Assembly (NCBI GenBank): GCA_963751275.1
Contig: CAVVTZ010000002.1
Location: 32,001 to 96,000 of the forward strand
DNA from: an uncultured Gemmatimonadaceae bacterium
Lineage (GTDB): Bacteria; Gemmatimonadota; Gemmatimonadetes; Gemmatimonadales; Gemmatimonadaceae
Direction of reading: 5' to 3'
DNA length: 64,000 nt
Numbering within the stretch: the stretch's first letter is position 1; the number at the start of each line of letters is the position of its first letter. A program made the position numbers and the translations under genes. The notes under the pieces are model-generated. The model searched no databases and had not been told where the DNA came from. It worked only from the letters and a program-made list of their open reading frames with translations. Of the stretch, positions 30,624 through 39,321 are shown one piece after another.

Positions 30624-30732
30624 GAAGAACGAAGGCGCGTCGGCCGCCACCGCTAGGTTGGCGACCAACGCGCCTTCGACTGACGAAGCCTTCGCTTCGC
30701 CCGACAAGGGGGACCGGCCATTGCACCGGCCC
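30624..30732 (-). ncRNA. Candidate cis-regulatory leader RNA, copy 2
   Basis: RNA sense: GGGCCGG..CCGGUCC-C-CCUUGUCG-GGCGAAGC/GCUUCGUC-AGUCGAAGGCGCG...CGCGCC-UUCGUUCUUC. Confidence 0.78.
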
Positions 30733-30775
30733 TTCCGTCATCTATGACTGCACCGCCCCGTAGGGCCGAAATTGT

Positions 30776-30925
30776 CTACCGCGACTTCGTGCTGCGCTTG
30801 CGGTTCGACTTGCCTGCCTTCTGAAGGGCGATCGCCACCGCCTGCTTCTGCGGCTTCCCCTCCTTCATCTCGGTCTTGATGTTCTCCGAGACGGTCTCTC
30901 GTGACGATCCTTTCTTGAGCGGCAT
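30776..30925 (-). CDS. 49-aa basic protein (DUF6496-like), absent from the ORF track
   Basis: Manual translation [59 protein letters not shown]. Confidence 0.85.
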   Translation of the reverse strand: MPLKKGSSRETVSENIKTEMKEGKPQKQAVAIALQKAGKSNRKRSTKSR

Positions 30926-30946
30926 GGTCTCCTCCACCACGATCAC

Positions 30947-31048
30947 GGAAAACAAAAAAGGCGCGAGAGATCGTTGTGGCTGATCTCTTCGCGCCTTCGA
31001 CTCGCGAGTCTCTTCACTCGCCCGCCAAGGTGGCCGCGTGAGCGGCCT
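30947..31048 (-). ncRNA. Candidate cis-regulatory leader RNA, copy 3
   Basis: RNA sense: GGCCGC-UCAC-GCGGCC-A-CCUUGGCG-GGCGAG/CUCGCG-AGUCGAAGGCGCG...CGCGCC-UUUUUUGUUUU. Confidence 0.82.
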
Positions 31049-31056
31049 ATGTCGTA

Positions 31057-31082
31057 CTACCTGTCACCAAGCTACGTGTTCC
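31057..31082 (-). promoter_or_regulatory. Putative alternative-sigma promoter GGAAC-N16-GGTAG
   Basis: About 8 nt upstream of leader copy 3. Confidence 0.45.
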
Positions 31083-31173
31083 CGGGATTCGCGCAAGGGG
31101 GGCCCGGGATGGAATCCATGTGACGCATTGCACAAACGCGCGGCCCCGGGCACGCGGCGTGTTCATGTCTATA

Positions 31174-31318
31174 GAAGGACAACAAACCGCTTTGACAGGA
31201 TTGACGGGATGAACGGGACAACTGCAGGATGACTGCCCTGCGCCTGGCGCGCAGGGCAGTCATCCTGCAGTTGTCCCGTTCATCCCGTCAATCCTGTCAA
31301 AGCGGTTTGTTGTCCTTC
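31174..31318. repeat. Family A palindrome with perfect arms
   Basis: GAAGGACAACAAACCGCTTTGACAGGATTGACGGGATGAACGGGACAACTGCAGGATGACTGCCCTGCGC, loop, then its exact reverse complement. Confidence 0.95.
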
Positions 31319-32046
31319 ATACGTGCTCAAGGAGGAGCTCGAGTTTGTGCCGCAGATCCCCCAGCGCCTTCGACTTGAACGCCCCCTTGGTCTCTTCCAG
31401 CACCGTGACCGTCTCCTTCACCGCCATCTGGAATTGCGCGCCGCGAGGGCAGTTCATCAGCTGGCACGGATGCTGGTCTACGGTCTGCTTCGACAGCGCC
31501 TTCCCCAGCTGTTCCAGGTCGGTGAGCGACCCCATCACGTTCCGCAGCGTGAGCGTGAGGAAGAGGTCCACCGGCACGGCGCCCGCGCCGCCGCCGAGCT
31601 TGGAGATGTGCTGGAACTCGTCGCGCCACGAACTGAGCCGCTCCTCCGTCTTCCGCATCGCCTGAAAGGACCGGAAACGCTCGACCGCGCCCCGCACCCG
31701 CTCGAGCAGCTCGGAGAACGCCACCGGCTTCGTGAGATAGGCCACGACGGGCAGATCGATGCACGCGATCGCGCTGCGCACGGATGGGAATCCCGTGAGG
31801 ATGATGATCGGCAAGCCCCCGGCCTGCGCGGCGATCTGCCGCACCAGCGCCAGATCCGAATTCCCGGGCATTCTCGAGATCGGTGATCAGCAGATCGAAA
31901 TCGCCGGCGCCCGCGGCCCGCAGCGCCTCCGCGCCGTCGCGCACCGTCACGCACTCGTAACCCTCGCCGCGCAACAGATCGGCGGTCGCGCTCGCGAACG
32001 TCGGTTCATCGTCGGCCAGCAGGATCTTCCCACGGATATCGGTCAC
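31317..32046 (-). CDS. Response regulator (receiver domain plus unrecognised helical output domain); frameshift near 31872
   Basis: ILLADDE, DLLITDLE/MPG, IIILTG and YLTKPV; the C-terminus contains HPCQLMNCPRG. Confidence 0.88.
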
Positions 32047-34937
32047 AGGCTCTCCTCCTTCATTGAATGCAATGGCAGCGTGACGACGAATTCGCATCCT
32101 GCGCCGTCCACGTCGTGTACCGCGATGGTGCCGCCGGACGCCGTCACCGTGCGGCGGACGAGCGCGAGGCCCAGCCCCATGCCGCCGGTGCGGAGGCGCC
32201 CGCTCTTGGTGCTGTAGAACGGCTCGAAGATCCGCTCCCGCGATTCCGGCGGGATCCCCGCGCCGTGATCGCGCACCAGCAGTTCGAAGTGCTCGTCGCG
32301 CAGCAGCGTCTGCACCACCACGATGCCGCCGGCGGGCGATGCTTCGATCGCGTTCTGCACCAGGTTGTACACGATCTGACGCAGCAGCGCCGCCGGGATC
32401 GGCAGCACAGTCGGGCCGGGCCCCAGCACCACCTGGACCTTCACGCTGGTCGCGCGGTTCACCTGCTCCAGGAACGCCACGGCATTGCCGATCACCGTGG
32501 CCGGCGACGCGCCCGCGTGTCCGTCGTGCTCGGGACGGTACGTCTCGTACAACTGCCGCGTGACCGCCGCGATGCGCGCGACCTCGCGCTCGATCGCGCC
32601 CACGTACTTATAGTGCGGATGCGTCTCGGGGATCGCGCCCTTGATGAGCAGGAACGAGTTCTGGATCCCGGCGAGCGGGTTGTTGATCTCGTGCGCCACC
32701 TGCGCCGCCACGCGCCCCATGGTCGTGAGCGTCTCCACTTCGCGCAGCGTCGCCTCGGCGCGGCGCCGCGCCGACAGATCGCGGGCTTCGAGCAGGAGCT
32801 GCGTGTCCTCCTCGGTCTCGCCGGTGAGCGGCTTCACCGCGATCTCGAGATGCATCTCGGCGCCGCTCGCGAGCGTGAACTCCTGCTCGTACCGGCGCGT
32901 GAGTCCCCGCACCGCCGCCGACACCGCGGCGCGCAACCGCTCCTGCGCCGGCACATTCCCGTTCCACCAGAGCGTGTTCCATACCAGCCGGCCGCGAACG
33001 TCGGCGTCCGCAATGCCGAACTCGCCGAGCGCGTGCTGGTTCACCTCCACCACCGCGCCCGCGCGGTCGAGCAGCAACTGGTACTGGAATCCGCTGTCGA
33101 AGATCTCGCGGAATCGCTGCTCCGCCGCTTCCCGCGCCTGCGCCGCCGAGCGGGCGACGGTCACGTCCGCCTTGATCCCCACCATGCGCGCCGGATGACC
33201 CGACGCCGTGCGGTCCACCACGCGCCCGCGGTCCACGATCGTATGCCATTTTCCGTCGCGCGCGAGCACACGATATTCGGCATCGTAGCTCGGGCGCGCG
33301 CCGGAGAGATGATCCGCGATCTCCTGGGCGAGCCGCGGCTGGTCATCGGGGTGCACGAGCGCCATCCACGCGTCACGGATCGGTGGCACCGCGTCGGGAT
33401 CGTAGCCCAGATACCGCCAGATGCCCGGGCTGTGCACCGACGCGCCGGTGAGCAGGTCCCATTCCCACACCCCGTCCGTCATGCGCTCGAGCGCCTCGCT
33501 GATGCGGGAGCGCTCGGCCGCCCGCGCGCCGCGCAGCGCATGCTGCGCCAGGAGCACGCTCACCGGCACGAGTGCGCTCACCGCGAATCCCATGAGCAGC
33601 ACGAGCAGCGGCAGGCTGGACCGCACGCCTTCGATCGTGCTGCGCGTGGGCCACGCCGACAATGTGAGATGGACCTCGCCGAGCTGCAGGTCGAGCCATT
33701 GCAGCCACTCGCGCGTGCGGTCGGAGTCCGGCGACGGCCCGGCGAGCCGGCCGGCGCGGCCGATGATGGCGTACCGGAACCCGCGCGATGTGTCGGGGAT
33801 CACATCCTGAAAGAGACGCGCGGTGCGCATTACGCCGATCATCGAGCCGGTGCAGATGGTCCGGATGCACGCCGGCGCGAGGATGACGAAGCGCTTGCTC
33901 GCCGAATCCAGCGGCAGATACGCCATGCTGTCGGGCAGCCGGTGGTTCGCGTTCACATAGGCGATCGTCACGGCGTCCGCGCCGACACCGGCCAGCGAGC
34001 TCGACGCGGCGGTGTCGATCACGCCAAGCGCGGAGATCCAGCCCGCGCCCTCGAGTCCCGGCACATCGCGCTGCAGCGCGCTCACATCGCGGCGCTGTTC
34101 ATCCAATGTCGCGCCGTTCGCGCGCCACTCGCTCGCCCGGTGCAGCGATCGCGCGGTGCTCACCGCCTCGCGCACGAGCACGCGCCTCCGTTCCTCCCCC
34201 GCCTGGCGCGTGAGCGCGAGGATTTGGTCGTTCTCGCGCGCGGTCAGGCCACGCCAGAGCATGAACACGGTCACGACGCCGGCGATGCCGAGTGCCGCCG
34301 GCAGCCACGCCGCCGAGTCGCCAGAGAGCAGGCCCCGTGTCCAGACGAGCGCCACGTAGCAGCTGCCGATCAGGAAGCAGGACAGGAGCATCTGCATGGA
34401 AGGGCCGGCGCCGAGCATGTCCATCGTGGTCTTCGTGATGCCGGTGGCCCGCGCGATGAGCAGCGTCGCCGCGAGCGCGAGCAGGATGAAGCCCGCGATC
34501 CCCACCGATGCATCTTCCGGCAGCAGGCGCCGGCGCGCGGAGACGATGATCAGCGGTGCCGACGCCGCGAGGATGAGCACCGCCGACGAGAACGACATCA
34601 CGTCGCGCGAAATGGGCAGCGACATCAGTTGCGCGCCGATGCTCAGGACCGCCGCGCTCGCCGCGATCGCCGCCGACAGGAACGCCGACCGGTAGCGGAG
34701 CTGCAGGAACTGCCAGAGCGCGAATCCCACCGCGACGAGCGCGATGGACCCGAGGAAGGGCAGCCGCGGCCAGCCGATGAGAGGCTCGCCGAGGCGCTCG
34801 AGCCCGGGCAACTCGCCCAGGAGGCCGGCGAGCCCCGCCACACCGGACAGCACGGCGAACACGTACCCCGACCGGTACGCCACGAAGGCGAACGGTCCGG
34901 TGAGTTCCGGCCGGCTCGGACTTCCGGATTCCCTCAT
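32043..34937 (-). CDS. Membrane-bound PAS/PAC sensor histidine kinase
   Basis: Multiple TM segments, an extracytoplasmic region, two PAS domains (DGVWEWD..VHPDD), H-box AHEINNPL, NLVQNA, DHGAGI, FEPFYSTK and GMGLGL. Confidence 0.95.
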   Translation of the reverse strand: MRESGSPSRPELTGPFAFVAYRSGYVFAVLSGVAGLAGLLGELPGLERLGEPLIGWPRLPFLGSIALVAVGFALWQFLQLRYRSAFLSAAIAASAAVLSIGAQLMSLPISRDVMSFSSAVLILAASAPLIIVSARRRLLPEDASVGIAGFILLALAATLLIARATGITKTTMDMLGAGPSMQMLLSCFLIGSCYVALVWTRGLLSGDSAAWLPAALGIAGVVTVFMLWRGLTARENDQILALTRQAGEERRRVLVREAVSTARSLHRASEWRANGATLDEQRRDVSALQRDVPGLEGAGWISALGVIDTAASSSLAGVGADAVTIAYVNANHRLPDSMAYLPLDSASKRFVILAPACIRTICTGSMIGVMRTARLFQDVIPDTSRGFRYAIIGRAGRLAGPSPDSDRTREWLQWLDLQLGEVHLTLSAWPTRSTIEGVRSSLPLLVLLMGFAVSALVPVSVLLAQHALRGARAAERSRISEALERMTDGVWEWDLLTGASVHSPGIWRYLGYDPDAVPPIRDAWMALVHPDDQPRLAQEIADHLSGARPSYDAEYRVLARDGKWHTIVDRGRVVDRTASGHPARMVGIKADVTVARSAAQAREAAEQRFREIFDSGFQYQLLLDRAGAVVEVNQHALGEFGIADADVRGRLVWNTLWWNGNVPAQERLRAAVSAAVRGLTRRYEQEFTLASGAEMHLEIAVKPLTGETEEDTQLLLEARDLSARRRAEATLREVETLTTMGRVAAQVAHEINNPLAGIQNSFLLIKGAIPETHPHYKYVGAIEREVARIAAVTRQLYETYRPEHDGHAGASPATVIGNAVAFLEQVNRATSVKVQVVLGPGPTVLPIPAALLRQIVYNLVQNAIEASPAGGIVVVQTLLRDEHFELLVRDHGAGIPPESRERIFEPFYSTKSGRLRTGGMGLGLALVRRTVTASGGTIAVHDVDGAGCEFVVTLPLHSMKEESL

Positions 34938-34953
34938 GGCACCGTGGTCGGAT

Positions 34954-35037
34954 GAACGAAAAAGGCACGAACGCCCCGCCGTCTTGGCGCAGGGATCCGT
35001 GCCTTCGACTTGCGGAGCATTTCTCCGCCCGCCAAGA
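34954..35037 (-). ncRNA. Candidate cis-regulatory leader RNA, copy 4 (upstream of the histidine kinase)
   Basis: RNA sense: UCUUGGCG-GGCGGAG/CUCCGCA-AGUCGAAGGCACG...CGUGCC-UUUUUCGUUC; compensatory GGCACG/CGUGCC pair. Confidence 0.8.
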
Positions 35038-35055
35038 CCGAGTGACTATACGCTC

Positions 35056-35070
35056 TACCTTAGTAAGGTA
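35056..35070. promoter_or_regulatory. AT-rich palindrome TACCTTA-G-TAAGGTA in the divergent promoter region
   Basis: Perfect 7-bp inverted repeat between leader copies 4 and 5. Confidence 0.45.
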
Positions 35071-35123
35071 TATCGCGCGCCGGCGGACCGCGCAAGCCGT
35101 CGCGAACGGCGCTCTTGCGCCAT

Positions 35124-35150
35124 GGAACAACGCGGCCTACGTTGCGATAG
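35124..35150 (+). promoter_or_regulatory. Putative alternative-sigma promoter GGAAC-N17-GATAG
   Basis: About 11 nt upstream of leader copy 5. Confidence 0.45.
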
Positions 35151-35161
35151 AAGACGATGAC

Positions 35162-35266
35162 GCCCTGTTTCGCGGGGCACCTTGGCGGACGAGCGTTGTG
35201 CGGCTCGCCAGTCGAAGGCGCGATGACGGCTCCCACTGTGGAGCGGTCCCGCGCCTTTTTTGTTTC
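35162..35266 (+). ncRNA. Candidate cis-regulatory leader RNA, copy 5 (upstream of the DUF1328 operon)
   Basis: GCCCUG-UUUCG-CGGGGC-A-CCUUGGCG-GACGAGC/GCUCGCC-AGUCGAAGGCGCG...CGCGCC-UUUUUUGUUUC. Confidence 0.82.
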
Positions 35267-35314
35267 CCGGCGGCGCCGCGCCGCCGGTCCATTCCGATCC
35301 GAAGGAGGTGCGTC

Positions 35315-35494
35315 ATGTTGCGTTGGGCCCTTGGATTCCTCGTGCTGGCGCTGATCGCCGCGTTCTTCGGCTTCGGCGGCATCGCCGCCGCATCCGCCGG
35401 CATTGCGAAGACGCTGTTCTTCCTCTTCCTTCTCATCTTCGCCGTCACGCTCATCCTCGGCCTCATGGCCGGGAACAAGATCGCGAGCCCATGA
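35315..35494 (+). CDS. DUF1328 (YtjA-like) small membrane protein
   Basis: MLRWALGFLVLALIAAFFGFGGIAAASAGIAKTLFFLFL; AGGAGG RBS. Confidence 0.93.
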   Translation: MLRWALGFLVLALIAAFFGFGGIAAASAGIAKTLFFLFLLIFAVTLILGLMAGNKIASP

Positions 35495-35507
35495 CGGTCA
35501 CGCACCG

Positions 35508-35936
35508 ATGAGCCCCGGCGCGCCACGCAGCGCGTTCTCCACCGGGTTCCGCCGCTTCGCGGAACGCACGGAGGTGTTGCTTGGCTCGCCGTGGGCCTTC
35601 GGCGCGGCGCTCGCTTCGGTCGCGATCTGGGGCGCACTGGGACCGCGGTACCACTACTCGGAGACCTGGCAGATCGTGATCAACACCGGCACGACGATCA
35701 TCACCTTCCTGATGGTCTTCCTGCTGCAGAACACGCAGATGCGCAGTTCCACCGCGCTGCATCTCAAGATCGACGAGCTGCTGCGCGCCATCCAGGAGGC
35801 ACGAACGGGCCTCGTCGGCCTGGAGAAGATGCCCGACGAACGGCTGGAAGAAGTGGCCACCGAGTTCCAGCAGATCTCGGACGCAGCGCAAGACACCCGC
35901 ACCCCCGCACCAATCACCCGCATTCAGGGAGCATGA
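35508..35936 (+). CDS. Low-affinity iron permease family protein
   Basis: GSPWAF, SETWQIVINTGTTIITFLMVFLLQNTQ and ALHLKIDELLRA. Confidence 0.92.
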   Translation: MSPGAPRSAFSTGFRRFAERTEVLLGSPWAFGAALASVAIWGALGPRYHYSETWQIVINTGTTIITFLMVFLLQNTQMRSSTALHLKIDELLRAIQEARTGLVGLEKMPDERLEEVATEFQQISDAAQDTRTPAPITRIQGA

Positions 35937-36322
35937 CCATGGCACACGACAACGCACTCTCCGGCGCGATGGAAACCACCCGCGACACCCTCACCGACGC
36001 CACCGCGAAGGTGCAGGACAAGGTGTCGGACCTCGGCCGCAAGGCGTCGAGCAAGTTCGAAGCCGGCCGGCTCGCCACCGCCGACAAGCTCGAGAGCGCG
36101 GCGGAAACGCTGCACGATCGCGTGAACCGCTTTGGCGAGATCGGCCACGACACGGCCGACAAGGTGGACGCCACCGCGCGATACATCCGGAAGAACGGCG
36201 CCAAGGAGATGGCGTCGGATGTGAGTGAACTCGTGAAAGCGCATCCCGGCAAGGCATTGCTCGTGGCGGCCGCTGTCGGCTTCCTCGCCGCCCGCGCGTT
36301 CCGCAGCAGCGCCAGTGAGTGA
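35933..36322 (+). CDS. ElaB/YqjD/DUF883-like membrane-anchored protein
   Basis: Helical body with a C-terminal VKAHPGKALLVAAAVGFLAAR anchor. Confidence 0.8.
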   Translation: MTMAHDNALSGAMETTRDTLTDATAKVQDKVSDLGRKASSKFEAGRLATADKLESAAETLHDRVNRFGEIGHDTADKVDATARYIRKNGAKEMASDVSELVKAHPGKALLVAAAVGFLAARAFRSSASE

Positions 36323-36713
36323 GCCCGCGGTCGTGCGCGGCGGTACGCGGGGCGGCGATGGCCGCACCGTGGCCGCCGTCGTGCACGACATCTTCGGCAA
36401 CGTCGACCGCATGATGCGGTCGGAGGTGCGCCTCGCCATCGAAGAGGCGCGCGAGGAGATCGGAACGGCGCGCGACTCCGCCGCGTTCTTCGCCGCTGGC
36501 GCGGCGTTGTGCGGCTTCGCCATCGCGTTCGTATTGGTCGCTGCGTTCCTGTATCTCGCGACGGTGATCGCGCCGTGGCTCGCCGCGCTCGCCGTCGCGA
36601 TCGTGGCGGCCGGGGCGTCCACCGGCGTGATCCTCACCGGCCTCAAGCGCATCCGGCGCGCGCGATCGTCGCGCGCGCTGCAGCTGGTCTCTCACACGGA
36701 GCACGCACCATGA
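36315..36713 (+). CDS. Holin-like (YqjE-like / phage holin family) membrane protein
   Basis: MMRSEVRLAIEE followed by two TM segments (PWLAALAVA). Confidence 0.78.
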   Translation: MSEPAVVRGGTRGGDGRTVAAVVHDIFGNVDRMMRSEVRLAIEEAREEIGTARDSAAFFAAGAALCGFAIAFVLVAAFLYLATVIAPWLAALAVAIVAAGASTGVILTGLKRIRRARSSRALQLVSHTEHAP

Positions 36714-37093
36714 TCACGCAAACGCACCGCCTCGAACGCGAGATCGCCTCCGAGCAGGACGCGCTGGGCGAGAACCTGCGCGAGCTGGAAGTCCGCGTGC
36801 GCACGGCGGCGGACTGGCGCGAGCAGGTCCAGCGCCGCCCGTGGGTCATGGTGGGGCTCGCCTTCGGCGGCGGCGTGGTGCTGTCGGCACTCGCGGGACC
36901 AGGCCCGCGCCGCCGGCGCCGAACGCGCCGCGCGGAACTCGCCGGTGACGCGCCGCGGGAGAGCGCGCCACCCACCGATCCGGACGACACCTGGCGCCGG
37001 TTCAAGGGCGCGCTGCTCGCCGCGGCAGCGGTGGAGGCCGCCAACCTGGTCAGTCAAGTACTGCCCAGCTTTCGTGATGAGTTCGAGACGTGA
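36710..37093 (+). CDS. DUF3618-like protein
   Basis: LEREIASEQDALGENLRELE...DWREQVQRRPWVMVGLAFGGG; ATGA overlap with the upstream gene. Confidence 0.7.
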   Translation: MITQTHRLEREIASEQDALGENLRELEVRVRTAADWREQVQRRPWVMVGLAFGGGVVLSALAGPGPRRRRRTRRAELAGDAPRESAPPTDPDDTWRRFKGALLAAAAVEAANLVSQVLPSFRDEFET

Positions 37094-37148
37094 CTCAGAG
37101 CTGATCCGACGGGAGGGATGAGAACAACCGGCAAGGGAGGATGCTCAC

Positions 37149-37577
37149 ATGCCGATCATGACGCATCGCAAGCGGGACATCGCGCTGTCGCAGCTGGAGA
37201 CGGCGCTGCGATTGCACGATGAACTCGCGCACGACTACGCCGTGATCAACCTCGCCGGCGCGGCCGAGCGGATCCTGGGTGGCATGCTCGCCGATCAGAA
37301 CGTGTCCGGCCGCTTCCCGAAGGTCCGGCGATCCACGCGCCAGCTGCAGCGCTGGCTGCGCCGCGTCTCGCGCCGCTCCAGCGGGCGCCAGCGCGCGCTC
37401 ACGGCCGCGCTGCGCGCGGTGGACGATCATGCGCCCGGTGATCCGCTGGTGGTGGTGTTCGACGCGCGCGCACAGGCCGCCGAGCTGCTCCACCGCGCCA
37501 TCGTGCAGTTCTGGGCGCTCGAGCGACTGGCGACGCCGCGCATGGTCGCGTTCTCGGCGGCCCGCGCCGCGACCTGA
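37149..37577 (+). CDS. Hypothetical protein
   Basis: GGAGG RBS; KRDIALSQLETALRL..AVINLAGAAERILG; no family assigned. Confidence 0.7.
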   Translation: MPIMTHRKRDIALSQLETALRLHDELAHDYAVINLAGAAERILGGMLADQNVSGRFPKVRRSTRQLQRWLRRVSRRSSGRQRALTAALRAVDDHAPGDPLVVVFDARAQAAELLHRAIVQFWALERLATPRMVAFSAARAAT

Positions 37578-37584
37578 GCGCGGC

Positions 37585-38787
37585 TCAGCGGTCGAAGGCG
37601 AACATCGCTGCGTCGCGCTCGGCGCGCCCGGTGTGCACCGCCGTGATCAGGCGCGCGGCGATCATGCTGAACGTGATGCCGTTGCCGCCATATCCGAGCG
37701 CGAAATAGGCGTTCGGGCAGCGCGCGTTCGGGCCGATGAACGGAAGGCCGTCTGCGCTCTCGCCGAAGGTGCCCGCCCACGCGTAGGCGGCGTCGAGCGC
37801 GATCTCCGGGAAACATCGGGCGAAATTCTTGTGGAGCGCGGCCGCCTTCGCCGCGAGCTTCGCATCGCGAAGACGGGCGTTCTTCCACGGGATGTCCGCG
37901 CCGCCGATCATCGCGCGATGATCGGCGGTGGTGCGGAAGTAGTGGTAGGGTCGCGCCGACTCCCAGATGAGCGCCCGGTCGGGCCACCCGGCGTAGCTCG
38001 TGAGCGGTTCGCTCACCATGGCATACGTGCTGTGCAAGGCGCCCACCCGCCGCCCGAGGAATCGCTCGGAGTCGTACCCCGTGGCGAAGACGATCCGGTC
38101 GGCGACGACCTTCGGCCCGTCCGCGGTGTGCAGCCGCATGCGCCGCCCCGCCGCCTCGAAGCGCACCATCTCCGTGCGCTCGTGCACGCGTGCGCCGTGC
38201 ACGATCGCGTGCGCCAGCAGCCGGTGCGTGAAGCGCACGGGATCGATCTGCGCGTCGCCCTGCGACACGATCGCGCCGGCCGCCGGGAGCGTGGACCGCT
38301 TCGCGATCGCGGCGCGGTCGAGATACTCCACGTCGAAGCCGTGCGCCTCGAGCGACCGGAAGACGCGCTGGAGCCGCGGCAGATCCCAGCGGCGCCGCGC
38401 GAGGTACCAGCTGTCGCGGCGGGCGAAATCGCACGGGTCGCCGATGTCGAGCGTGAGCCGCCGGATCGACTCGACCGCGTCGAGCCCGAGCCGCAACGCG
38501 CGCACGGCGTTCGCTTCCCCGACTCGCGCGATCAGGTCGGGCAGCTCGACGTCCACTTCGTATTGGAGCAGGCCGGTGCTCGCGGCGGTGCTCGCCGCGG
38601 CGATGTCGCCGCACTCGAGCACGACGACATCCACCCCGGCATTGGCCAATTGGTGCGCCACGAGCGCGCCCGTGATCCCGCCCCCGACGACGGCCACTTC
38701 GCAGCGTTCGTCGCGCTTGAGCGCGGGATACGCCGCGAGGATGCCGTTCTTGAGCAGCCAGAAGGGCTGCCCCGAGCGCAGCTTCAT
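37585..38787 (-). CDS. FAD-dependent oxidoreductase (DAO/PuuB-like)
   Basis: VAVVGGGITGA, STAASTGLLQYE, VFATGY, DGLPFIG and LGYGGNGITF. Confidence 0.9.
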   Translation of the reverse strand: MKLRSGQPFWLLKNGILAAYPALKRDERCEVAVVGGGITGALVAHQLANAGVDVVVLECGDIAAASTAASTGLLQYEVDVELPDLIARVGEANAVRALRLGLDAVESIRRLTLDIGDPCDFARRDSWYLARRRWDLPRLQRVFRSLEAHGFDVEYLDRAAIAKRSTLPAAGAIVSQGDAQIDPVRFTHRLLAHAIVHGARVHERTEMVRFEAAGRRMRLHTADGPKVVADRIVFATGYDSERFLGRRVGALHSTYAMVSEPLTSYAGWPDRALIWESARPYHYFRTTADHRAMIGGADIPWKNARLRDAKLAAKAAALHKNFARCFPEIALDAAYAWAGTFGESADGLPFIGPNARCPNAYFALGYGGNGITFSMIAARLITAVHTGRAERDAAMFAFDR

Positions 38788-38797
38788 CGCCGCCGGA

Positions 38798-39292
38798 TCA
38801 GCCCGGCTCGGTGATCCGCGGCGGGTCGATGCCGAGCGCGGTGGCGAGATCCTCGAGATGCTCCTGCTCATCCTTGAGGATCTCGCGGATGTGCTCGCTC
38901 ATCGCGTACTCGCCGAGCGCCTCGCACTGCTTCACGCGCTTGCGGTATTCCACGATCGTCACGCGCTCGTTCTCGAGGTCGAAGCGCAGCATGTCGTCCG
39001 CCTTGCCCGACGTCTTCACGGCTTTCGCGACCACCGGCGGATCGCCGCCCAGGTAGTCGATCTGTTTGGCGATGATGATCGCGTGCCGCAATTCCTCGCC
39101 CGCGTGCTTCTCGAGCTCGGCGGCGATCGCCATGTACGCGGCGCCCTTGAGCACCTGCGAGTAGACGACGTAGGCGATGATCGCCTGGTACTCGCGCGAG
39201 AGATCCTCGCCGAGCGCGGCGATGAGATCGGCACGCGTCACGGCGGGGGAGGCGGGGGCGCTGGCGATAGGGGGCGGGACTTTCTTGGCCAT
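38798..39292 (-). CDS. Ferritin-like (bacterioferritin family) protein
   Basis: EYQAIIAY, EELRHA, IDYLGG.P, DLENE and DEQEH di-iron motifs. Confidence 0.9.
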   Translation of the reverse strand: MAKKVPPPIASAPASPAVTRADLIAALGEDLSREYQAIIAYVVYSQVLKGAAYMAIAAELEKHAGEELRHAIIIAKQIDYLGGDPPVVAKAVKTSGKADDMLRFDLENERVTIVEYRKRVKQCEALGEYAMSEHIREILKDEQEHLEDLATALGIDPPRITEPG

Positions 39293-39321
39293 GGTTCGAG
39301 GTCCGTTGGTTGGTGGTGGGA

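Noticed and set aside
32067..34955. 962-aa plus-strand ORF, and similar long antisense ORFs (43016..46006, 20487..22697, 61814..63910, 12218..13954)
   Set aside because: Shadow ORFs opposite well-supported genes, expected in high-GC DNA; Arg/Ala-rich with no motifs.
36315..36713. Prophage indicated by the holin-like gene
   Set aside because: It sits in the common ElaB/YqjD-YqjE-like stress trio; there are no phage structural, lysin or integrase genes.
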